NCBI GenBank assembly: GCA_964016885.1
Contig: OZ024741.1
Location: forward strand, 254,696,001 to 254,760,000
Length of the DNA stretch: 64,000 bases
Direction: 5' to 3'
Source: Eledone cirrhosa
Lineage: Eukaryota
The notes beneath the pieces were generated by a model. That model saw only the letters and a program-made list of their open reading frames with translations. It was not told the origin of the DNA and searched no databases. Positions 1 through 9,299 of the stretch are shown here, piece after piece. How positions within the stretch are numbered: position 1 is the first letter of the stretch; every line of letters begins with the position of its first letter. The translations under genes and the position numbers were made by a program.

Positions 1-299
1 ATATATATATATATATATAATGGGTATTCAATAGTCTTTATATAATTTGTTTTATGTTTAATTTTTGTCTGTCTGTCTGTCTAAGATGGTTTAATTCACA
101 TCTATACATTTCTTGGAAATCGGTAAGACCTGAACCTCTGTCACAATTGAGGAATGTTTTGGCATAATTTAATAAAATTTAATTAATTAAATAAATAAAT
201 GTAGAAAACAAATTAACAAAAATATATAGAGAACTGCATTCCTCTAATTAATAATTTCCTAATTACTTGTTTTTGTTAAATAGTTATGAAAAGTATCTG

Positions 300-515
300 A
301 TCATACATATATACATACATTTTATGTATGTATATATGTATGTATATACATATGTATGCATATATGTATATACATACATACATACGTATACACATGCATA
401 CATATACACATGCATACATACACACATTTATACATACACACATTTATACATACATGCACACACACATACATACACCCACAAATACATGCATACACAAACT
501 TGTACATATAGTCTT

Positions 516-585
<70 letters not shown>
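300..585. repeat. Compound (TA)/(CA)/(TACA)/(TG) microsatellite
   Basis: Dinucleotide and tetranucleotide runs visible directly; a similar tract lies at 745-1125. Confidence 0.9.
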
Positions 586-586
<1 letters not shown>

Positions 587-740
587 TTTGCAAGGTTTTT
601 GATATGAAATCATGTGTCGAAACAAATATTGTTATATTTAGGGAGGGTCATATTGTTATAATAATATTGCCAGAAATAATAACAGCTCTGTAATTATTTC
701 TGGCAATATTATTACAACAATATGACCCTCCCCAAATATC

Positions 741-747
<7 letters not shown>
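585..747. mobile_element. Short fold-back remnant of a Penelope-like element 3' end (~55-bp arms at 626-680 and 693-747, plus a one-sided extension)
   Basis: atattgttatatttagggagggtcatattgttataataatattgccagaaataat is followed by its near-perfect reverse complement. The terminus and the extension match the ends of the GIY-YIG palindrome at 29495 and 31245-31300. Confidence 0.7.
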
Positions 748-791
<44 letters not shown>

Positions 792-1137
792 TTATTTAAT
801 GTATTGGTGCATGTATGATTTATGTATACTTACATATATACATACATACACACACACACACACATATATATATTATATGTATGGGTGTCTGTATGATTCA
901 TGTACACACAGACACATACATACACACACACACATATACATACATACATGTGAATTATATATAGTCGTCTGTGTGTTTGTACTGACATTCACATATATGA
1001 GTATGTTATTTGCAAGTGCAGCAGTAGATGGTGTGTGTATATATGTATGTACATGTATGCATATGTGTGTGTGTGAGTATGTGTGTGTGTATTTCTATGC
1101 ATCTGTATTATATGTGTGAGTGTGTACTTTATTTTGT

Positions 1138-1344
1138 TCACATATTCCGAAAGCCGACCAGGTGACTGTTCTCCTTGGCAATACCGTCTGCTTTAGACTG
1201 TTTATTTACTTTCTCTTGTCGGAAAATGTCGGAAATTTGTTCAAATGTTTTGTCTTTAGTCTCCGGAAGGAACATGTAGGTGAAGATCCAGAACAACAGA
1301 AGCACAATGGTAAATGGTAAGAAGGAGAGATCTTTCAGTCCTTT
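1138..1344 (-). CDS. Terminal coding exon of a GLUT/SLC2A-family facilitated sugar transporter (TM12 and cytoplasmic tail)
   Basis: The minus strand reads tcttttataatttcag|KGLKDLSFLPFTIVLLLFWIFTYMFLPETKDKTFEQISDIFRQEKVNKQSKADGIAKENSHLVGFRNM*. This contains the sugar-porter PETK..TF..I motif (compare GLUT1 [23 protein letters not shown]). The exon is 207 nt, phase 0, with an AATAAA just after the stop (1128-1133). Confidence 0.93.
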   Translation of the reverse strand, partial: KGLKDLSFLPFTIVLLLFWIFTYMFLPETKDKTFEQISDIFRQEKVNKQSKADGIAKENSHLVGFRNM

Positions 1345-1408
1345 CTGAAATTATAAAAGATGTGTAAATATGAAGTGGATCAGGAGCATTCAGCCTTTTT
1401 GTTGGGGT

Positions 1409-2110
1409 TACAAACCCCAAATATTACTAAGAGAGACTAAGAAAAAACCCTTAAATTTTATATTATATGATACAAACCCCAAATATTACTAAGACTAAGA
1501 AACAACCCTTTAAATTTGATATTATATGATACAAAACCCAAAATATTACTAAGACTAAGAAACAACCCTTAAATTTGATATTATATGGTACAAACCCCAA
1601 TATTACTAAGACTAAGAAACAACCCTTAAATTTGATATTATATGATACAAACCCAAATTTTACTAAGACTAAGAAACAACCCTTAAATTTGATATTATAT
1701 GGTACAAACCCCAATATTACTAAGACTAAGAAACAACCCTTAAATTTGATACTATATGATACAAACCCCAAATAATACTAAGACTAAGAAACAACCCTTA
1801 TATTTGATATTATATGGTACAAACCCCAAATATTACTGAGAGTGACTTATAAAGAGCCCTTAAACTTGATATTATACAATACAAACCCTTAATATTACTG
1901 GGAGAGTTAAAATGACCCCTTAAATTTGATATGTCATTATACAACCATTTCATATTACTGGGGTGAGGCTATAAAGACCCCTTAAACTTGATATTATACA
2001 ATACAAACCCCTAATATTACAGAGGGAGTTATAAAGACCCTAAACTTTCATTATATAAACTCCTAATATATCTGAGAGTGACTTATAAAGAATCCTTAAA
2101 TTTGATATTA
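1409..2110. repeat. ~59-60-bp intronic minisatellite, about 11 copies, decaying at the right end
   Basis: The unit tacaaaccccaaatattactaagactaagaaacaacccttaaatttgatattatatga repeats in tandem. Confidence 0.92.
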
Positions 2111-2199
2111 AACATTGGTCAAATGTGATGTAGAGTGCATGCATGGTCCCAGCATTTCTAGGGTATTTTTTAAACATGGCGGAGCCTATCTTCTCTCCG

Positions 2200-2640
2200 G
2201 GTCTGAATACAGCAGATTTCTTCCAGAGAAGGAAAGAGAGAGAGTGAGAGAATGGAAGTGAGAAAGAGTCAGAGAGGAAAAATCAACCCCAGTACTGGAC
2301 TGGTACTTTTTTATCAACCAGGAATGGATGAAAGGTAAAGTTGTCCCTGGTGGAATTTGAACGCAGAGACCAGAGAGCTGAAACGAATACTGCAAAGCAT
2401 TTTAAACCTGGCAGAGCCCACCTCCTCTGCAGGCCTGAATACAGCAGATTTCTTCCAGAGAACAAGTAAGAGTGATAAAGAGTCACAGAGGAAGAATCGA
2501 ACCCCAGTACTAGACTGGTACTATTTTTTATCAACCTTGAATTGATGAAAGGCAAAGTTGACCTCAGCGGGGTTTGAACCCGGAGAGCAGAGCGTTGGAA
2601 CGAATACCATAAAGCATTCTATCCAATGTTCTAACCACTT
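2200..2640 (-). mobile_element. Two tandem degenerate tRNA-derived SINE copies, each with a duplicated flank
   Basis: ctgaatacagcagatttcttccagagaa ... ccccagtact.gactggtac...tttatcaacc...gatgaaaggyaaagttg...tttgaac occurs twice (about 2200-2410 and 2432-2640). Same family as 34661-35455. Confidence 0.7.
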
Positions 2641-2718
2641 GATGCAAAACATTAATTAATTTTTTTTTAATTTTTGATTTGTGAAGATTTGTTTGAAATA
2701 AAGGGAGATAAATCTTAC

Positions 2719-2846
2719 CTCGACGTAAGGAAAACCATAGGCATTGACGAAGTTGGCCAACCAATTAATCATAACACACACACTCATGGCAGAGGAGCGA
2801 GCCCCTTGGGAGAATAGTTCTGCTACAATTAGCCAGGGTATTGAAC
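2719..2846 (-). CDS. Penultimate exon of the GLUT/SLC2A-family transporter (end of TM10 and TM11)
   Basis: ctattactctaccag|(G)[42 protein letters not shown]|gtaag, 128 nt. It matches GLUT1 [20 protein letters not shown]...NWTSNF...YVE. Phases fit both neighbouring exons. Confidence 0.95.
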
Positions 2847-2884
2847 CTGGTAGAGTAATAGAAAAACAGTGATGTAGATTGAGA

Positions 2885-3135
2885 GATTGGTGGTGGTGGT
2901 GGTGGTGGTGGCGGCAGCAGTGGTGGTGGGGTGGCTGTGGTGGTATTGGTGGTGGTGGCGGTGGTGGTAGTGGTGGGGTGGCTGTGATGGTACTGGTGGT
3001 GGTGTGGTGGTGGTGGAGGTGATGGTGGTGGGTGGGTGTGTGGGTGTGTGTGTGGGGGGGGGGGGGTGATTCTGGTGTTGATGGTAGTGGTGGTGGTGGT
3101 GGTGGTGGTGTTGATGGTAGTGGTGGAGGCTGTGA
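2885..3135. repeat. (GGT)n-rich low-complexity tract
   Basis: Seen directly. Confidence 0.9.
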
Positions 3136-3196
3136 TGGAAGTGATTACGTTTTCCTGCGTAAGTCAACAACAACAACAACAATAATAATAATTATT

Positions 3197-3281
3197 ATTT
3201 CTACTTTTGGCACAAAGCCACCAATTATCCAGTGTATTACTGGTACTTTATTTTATCGACCCCGTAAGGATGAAAGGCAAA
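3197..3281 (-). mobile_element. SINE fragment cut off at the LINE/(AAT)n cluster
   Basis: tttctacttttggcacaaagcc...ctggtactttattttatcgaccccgtaaggatgaaaggcaaa closely matches the copy at 35085-35172. Confidence 0.75.
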
Positions 3282-3289
3282 ATAATAAT

Positions 3290-3326
3290 GATTTCATTTA
3301 TTAGCCACAAGGGCCGACATGTAAGG
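3290..3326 (-). mobile_element. ~35-bp 3'-terminal stub of the L1/Tx1-type LINE
   Basis: gatttcatttattagccacaagggccgacatgta is identical to the LINE 3' ends at 3385 and 7507, and is flanked by AAT repeats. Confidence 0.8.
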
Positions 3327-3330
3327 AAAA

Positions 3331-3386
<56 letters not shown>

Positions 3387-3662
3387 TTTCATTTATTAGC
3401 CACAAGGGCCGACATGTAGGGGACAATACAAAGACAGGGACAGTGGGGGTTCACAATAAGGTCGAGTAAAAGTGCACAATGGCAAAACTAATTTAACAAT
3501 GAAAATATAAAAATATAAAATAAACTATGCAAAATATAACAAAATAAATTCCCCGATAGGGGGGTGGACGACCCTGGGGTGATTCGGGTACCCCACCAAT
3601 CCTGAACCACCCTGCGCTTCTAGGGCACCCAGGAGAGCACTCCTCTCCTCAAGTTAGCCAGC

Positions 3663-6600
3663 CTATAGGCGCATGGTCAGAGTAGGCCCATTCACACGAG
3701 CCATTCTCGCCACATTCACCCACATTTTAGCAAATGTACTGGGGGGCAGCACTTCTCTCTCCACCCTCACCCTCCTTTCCAGGTGAAACTTGAAGAAGTT
3801 GATGAGGGATTGGCCGAAGAGAAAAGTGTCTGTCTTTAGTTCTTTCAACCTGATCCACCATATAATCTCTTTCGCAACTGCCACCAGACAGAGAAAATTT
3901 CCTGCTCTTCCTGACCTAAGGAAGGTGGCGGCTCGATCTTCACTATGGACTCGGCCGATAACCGGATTCGTTCCACACGCGACAGTAGCTGTTCGACATA
4001 ACTCCACAAGTCAGTAATGCACGGACATTGGACAAGTGCGTGCAGAACGGTTTCGTCGTTCTGTGCGCATCTTAGGCAGGTCCGTCTGACAGCACTTCCG
4101 TGCCTGTAGAGTTTATCCCGAACCGGCAGTGCCCCCCGGTAGCACTGCCAAGCGAGGGATTTCTGGAAATTGTCCATCGTCCCCGGCTCAAAAGTCCTCC
4201 GGTACAGACTGGTCAGTTCGACTTCGTCGAGGCCCAAAGCTTCTCCGAGTGCGTCATCGCACTTGCCCACCACTAATCCTCTATAGAACTCGAGAGTGGA
4301 AGTTCCACTGATCGCATTGCCCGCTTGGTAGAGGGCAGTCAGTGCCTGGCAACATTCCAGGTGCCAGTCACCCAGTCTCGGTCGCTTCTTGACCCAGGAC
4401 TGCAGCTCAGTCAAAGAAATGAGCTGCGGAAAGGCCCGTCTGATAAACGGCGACCATACCTGTTCACCATTGAGACAGAATATCTGGAGATGTCGCAGCC
4501 TCAACACATGTCTGCGCATCATTAGCCACGGCATGCCCAGCCCTCCGCGTAGAGGGTGCTGGCAGCAGATGGACCGCCTCACCAACGGAACTTGTCCCCT
4601 CCACAAGAATTTGAAGAGGAGCCGTTCCAACTTGACGAGGCGCGGACGGGGGCAAGGCACGACGGTTAGGCGGTAATAGATGACGGACGCGATGTACGCA
4701 TTCGCCACCTCAGCGCGACCTTTCAGTGATAGCTTCCTCCCAGCCCATTTTTGGGTGAGACTGGCTACTCTGCTCGTTACCTCGTCCCAATTCTTTTCCA
4801 CCTGGAGGTCTGGTCCGAACCAAACCCCGAGCAACTTTACTGGTCCGTCCGTCCAGCGCCCCACGACGCTGTTGGACGGCATGGGCTTGCCTCTCCAGGT
4901 TCCGAGCTGCAAGCCCACCGACTTTTCCGGGTTAAGTTTGGCACCTGTCAACCTTTCATATTCCTTCAGTAAGGTGCCGACCACCTCGATTTCTGAGGTG
5001 TTCGACACCATCACGGTGATGTCGTCCGCATAAGCCGACACCGCCCTTCCACGTCCCGGTTCGAGCGGGATGCCCTGCAACAGCTCCAGCTTCCGCAGTA
5101 AAGGCTCGAGAGTCAATACGTACAGAAGGGAAGAGAGAGGGCACCCTTGACGGACCGATCGGGAGAGCCGAAATGGTTCTGAGAGGTGGCCATTAACCTT
5201 GACCACCAAGCGTGTGCCGCTGTGCATTGCAACGATCCAGCTTCTAAAGACAGGGCCGAAGCCAGCTGCTTTGAGGACAAACTCCAGATACCGATGGTCA
5301 ACCCTATCGAATGCTTTCGATTGATCTAAATTGATCTGTGCCCCACCGAAGCCAGGTTTACACCCTACCCTCTCTATGATGTATCGCATGAGGTGGAGAT
5401 TGTCGTGTATGGACCTGGCTGGGATTGCGCAAGTTTGCGCCTCCCCAACCAAATCCTCGACGACAAGCGCCAATCTCTTTGCTAACACCTTGGCCAAAAT
5501 CTTAAACTCTGTGTTGAGCAGAGTTATAGGCCTGAAGTTGTCTAATGTATCCCTCTTGTTCTCGTCTTTCCTTATCAGCGTCACCACTCCCCTGCTCACA
5601 GAACTGGGAATACTCCCATTCTGCTGCCAGTTACAGTAGAGTGCTTCGAGGAGTTCGGAGAACAAGTCTGGCATATTTACGTAAAGCTCGTAGGGCAGGC
5701 CATCCAAACCGGGTGACTTGCGCCTCATGCAGCCGACAAGGGCGTCCTGAATTTCGGCTGAAGTAATCGGCCTTTCGCAGCGCTCAGCGTCGACCGTCGA
5801 GATGCGCGGCAAGCCGTCAGGGTAGGGACTAAAATCCGCTACTCTCTCTGACTCGCCACTGTCCCCGAACAACCGAGCAAAGTGCTGGCGAAAGGCCTCA
5901 CACATCCGCTTGGAATCGCTTATCTCGTGTCCGTCTCGGTCCGCCAAAGACCGAATTGTGGTTTTATTACCACGCTGCGCCTCCGCCACGCGGGCCCATC
6001 GAACAGCTTTAGTTCCCTCATTTCTCAGCGCACGCGCCTTAGCTCTGACAATGCAACCTTCGTGTTTGGCATTGAAGAAATGGTCTAATGCCATTCTCGC
6101 CGCTAGCACGTCAGTTGCGATGCCACTACAAATAGCCTCGTCTAACTTATCTACCAGCTCCCCCTCCTTTCTATTTTTCTCTAACGCTAGTTCTTTGCTG
6201 AACTCTATCGAAGTTACTCTAATCTCTCTTTTGAGAGCCCCCCACCATCTGTTGTTGATGATCCCTCCTGTCAACTTTTGCTTAACTAACTTATTGACTC
6301 GGTCCCTGTAAGCCTTACGTGCCGGAAATGACATGTTCAGCTTCCAGTAACCCGGTCCTAACCTACGCGTTTTATTTAGGTCGACCGTACAGATCACAAA
6401 TTTGTGATCTGAATAGGCGACCGTTTTAAAAAGTGGACAGCCCACACTATTTCTATCTATTTTCCTAATGAAGATTCTGTCTATATACGATCTAGATGAC
6501 CCCATTCGGTTGGTCCATGTCCATACTGGCACATTGGGGAAATCTAGTCGATACCTGTCAGACAGTTGGAACTGGCTGAGTAGGTGCTTGAGGCTTTTGC

Positions 6601-7084
6601 ACCCCCCGCTCCTATCGGCTACTCTCACACAATCCCAGCGTGCGTCTAAGATGCCATTCCAGTCCCCCGCTAACAGTAAAGGGCGAGACGTACCCAGAAA
6701 GGTCTCCAGGCGCCTAAAGAAGTCAGGTCGTCCGGCCCCTGTAGGGGCGTAGACGGCCAGCAGTCTAAAGGCACCACCTTCGCTACTGCTCACATCCAAG
6801 ACCACCAACTTACCGTCCGGGTCCCGGAAGATCGACCTTACCTCGAGATCCAGTCCTTTCCTAAACAGCACTGCCACCCCACCCCCCATTCCCGGCCTGC
6901 TAACAGATGCGAAGATCTGATAGTCGTCGAAAATGGGGGCTAGTGCACGCGTGTCGGAAATTCTGGTCTCGCTTACGGCAATCACATCCATTTCCAGCGA
7001 CCGGAGGTCGTTGAGCAGGCGACCCTGCTTCCAGGGTGACCCCAGGCCGCGAACATTTAAACTTCCTACTCTTAATATGGCCAT
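3663..7084 (-). pseudogene. LINE ORF2: APE endonuclease, reverse transcriptase and C-terminal CCHC zinc finger, with a 1-bp frameshift near 3893
   Basis: APE motifs SLNVRGL, SETR, GDWN, YID, SDH. RT motifs KSPGLDG, FRPITLLN, DQSKAFDRV, QGCPLS, YADD. Zinc finger CLRC..ETVLHALVQC. The copy at 7786-8133 has one extra G and reads through as QEIFLCLVAVAKEIIWW; the corrected length is about 1140 aa. Confidence 0.92.
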
Positions 7085-7093
7085 ATTGGTAAG

Positions 7094-7488
7094 CTAAGAG
7101 AGAGAGAGGGAAGGTTTACTTACCTCCCGGGTCTTGTGAAGGTCGGGTGGTTCGACCTCCATGGTTGGTGGGGTTTCTTTTGGGAACCCCTTTAAAAGTC
7201 TTGATGTGGGTTTCACATTCGGGTTTCCCACGTCTTGAGGAAAGCTCTCTCGAATTTCTTTGAAAGAATTGAGTGACATTCGGACCAGAAGCAAATCTTC
7301 TGGCACGCAAAATGTGCTCATTTCAAAAATCTCCCCCTCTGTTTGAATGTCCTCGCTTCGCGCTAAGAGGGCCATCAGTTTATCGTTGGCCCTTCTGACA
7401 AGCACGAAGTTTTTAACATTTTGTTGGTGTGGTTTTATTTGTTTTCGTTTTGGTGAAGGTGGTGGCGATGGTTTTGGTGGTGTTGTTT
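7094..7488 (-). pseudogene. Probable C-terminal remnant of LINE ORF1
   Basis: An open frame ends 9 nt before the ORF2 ATG. No diagnostic motif is visible; the call rests on position. Confidence 0.6.
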
Positions 7489-7506
7489 AATAATAATAAT
7501 AATAAT

Positions 7507-8279
7507 GATTTCATTTATTAGCCACAAGGGCCGACATGTAGGGGACAATACAAAGACAGGGACAGTGGGGGTTTACAATAAGGTCGAGTAAAAGTGCACA
7601 ATGGCAAGACTAATTTAACAATGAAAATATAAAAATATAAAATAAACTATGCATAAATATAACAAAATAAATTCCCCGATAGGGGGTGGACGACCCTGGA
7701 GTGACTCGGGTACCCCACCAATCCTGAACTACCCTGTGCTTCTAGGGCACCCAGGGAGAGCACCCCTCTCCTCAAGTTAGCTAGCCTATAGGCGCATGGT
7801 CAGAGTAGGCCCATTCACACGAGCCATTCTCGCCACATTCACCCACCTTTTAGCAAATGTACTGGGGGGCAGCACTTCTCTCTCCACCCTCACCTTCCTT
7901 TCCAGGTGAAACTTGAAGAAGTTGTTGAGGGATTGGCCGAAGAGAAAAGTGTCTGTCTTCAGTCCTTTCAACCTGGTCCACCATATAATCTCTTTCGCGA
8001 CTGCCACCAGACAGAGGAAAATTTCCTGCTCTTCCTGACCTAAGGAAGGCGGAGGATCGATCTTCACTATGGACTCGGCCGATAGCCGGATTCGTTCCAC
8101 ACGCGACAGTAGCTGTTCAACATAACTCCACAAGTCAGTAATGCACGGACATTGGACAAGTGCGTGCAGAACGGTTTTGTCGTTCTGTGCGCATCTCGGC
8201 AGGTCCGTCTGACAGCACTTCCGTGCCTGTAGAGTTTATCCCGAACCGGCAGTGCCCCCCGGTAGCACTGCCAAGCGAG
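7507..8279 (-). mobile_element. Second, 5'-truncated (~770 bp) copy of the same LINE
   Basis: Highly similar to 3385-4158 with scattered substitutions. Flanked by (AAT)n at 7489-7506 and 8280-8308. Confidence 0.93.
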
Positions 8280-8319
8280 AATAATAATAATAATAATAAT
8301 AATAATAAAGTTAACATAC

Positions 8320-8395
8320 CAGGTCCAACAGAAAAGAATGCTACATAAAGGATTACAGTGAGGATACTGACAATATGCATTCCATCTGCAGCATG
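8320..8395 (-). CDS. Exon of the GLUT/SLC2A-family transporter (TM10)
   Basis: tattctattctacag|HAADGMHIVSILTVILYVAFFSVGP(G)|gtatgt, 76 nt, ending in phase 1. Joining it to the next exon gives the conserved GPGSIPW. Confidence 0.9.
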
Positions 8396-8399
8396 CTGT

Positions 8400-9135
8400 A
8401 GAATAGAATAGTATATGGTAGGTTAGAATAGGGTGGAATAGTATAGGATGGTATAGTATAGGGGGGAATAGTATAGGGGGGAATAGTATAGGGGGGAATA
8501 GTATAGGGGGAACAGTATAGGGTGGAATAGTATAGGGTGTAATAGTATAGGGTAAGTTAGAATAGGGTGGAATAGTATAGGGTGGATTAGAATAGGGTGG
8601 AATAGTATAGGGTGGAATAGTATAGGGTAGGTTAGAATAGGGTGGAATAGTATAGGGTGGGTTAGAATAAGGTGGAATAGTATAGGGTAAGTTAGAATAG
8701 GGTGGAATAGTATAGGGTAAGTTAGAATAGGGTGGAATAGTATAGGGAGCAATAGTATAGGCTGGAATAGTATAGGGTGGAATAGTATAGGGTAGGTTAG
8801 AATAGGGTGGAATAGTATAGGGTAAGTTAGAATAGGGTGGAATAGTATAGGGAGCAATAGTATAGGCTGGAATAGTATAGGGTGGAATAGTATAGGGTAG
8901 GTTCGAATAGGGTGGAATAGTATAGGGTGGGTTAAAATAGGGTGAAATAGTATAGGGTAAGTTAGAATAAGGTGGAATAGTATAGGGTAAGTTAGAATAG
9001 GGTGGAATAGTATAGGGAGGAATAGTATAGGCTGGAATAGTATAGGGTGGAATAGAATAGGGTAGGTTAGAATAGGGTGGAATAGTATATGGTGGGTTAA
9101 AATAGGGTGGAATAGTATAGGGTGGGTTAGAATAA
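8400..9135. repeat. 15-bp minisatellite with alternating GGTGGAATAGTATAG and GGTARGTTAGAATAG variants
   Basis: Direct tandem periodicity; this explains the ILFHP/ILTYP ORF. Confidence 0.93.
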
Positions 9136-9299
9136 AGTAAAATAGAATGGATGGAGGGATGGATAAACAGACAGATAGAATGAGGACGGAGACAAATGGA
9201 CAGATGAATAGACAGACAAATAGATAGGATTAATGGATGAATGTGATGGTAAATGGTAGATGGCCATTAGAGACGACAACAATGACAACCTGGGACACA

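Larger units (their letters stand above)
3385..7488 (-). mobile_element. 5'-truncated L1/Tx1-type non-LTR retrotransposon (end of ORF1, ORF2, ~280-bp 3'UTR, (ATT)n tail)
   Basis: Contains an APE-RT-zinc finger ORF2. The 3' end is AATAAATGAAATC followed by (ATT)n, and (AAT)n lies on both sides. Confidence 0.93.

Noticed and set aside
267-1119. YI/HT/CV-rich ORFs here and at 26452-28271 and 37145-37512
   Set aside because: Microsatellite translations.
3790-6752. Plus-strand ORFs overlapping the LINE
   Set aside because: Antisense shadows of the GC-richer ORF2.
8400-9135. Telomeric repeat
   Set aside because: TAGGG occurs within a 15-bp unit and there is no (TTAGGG)n run.
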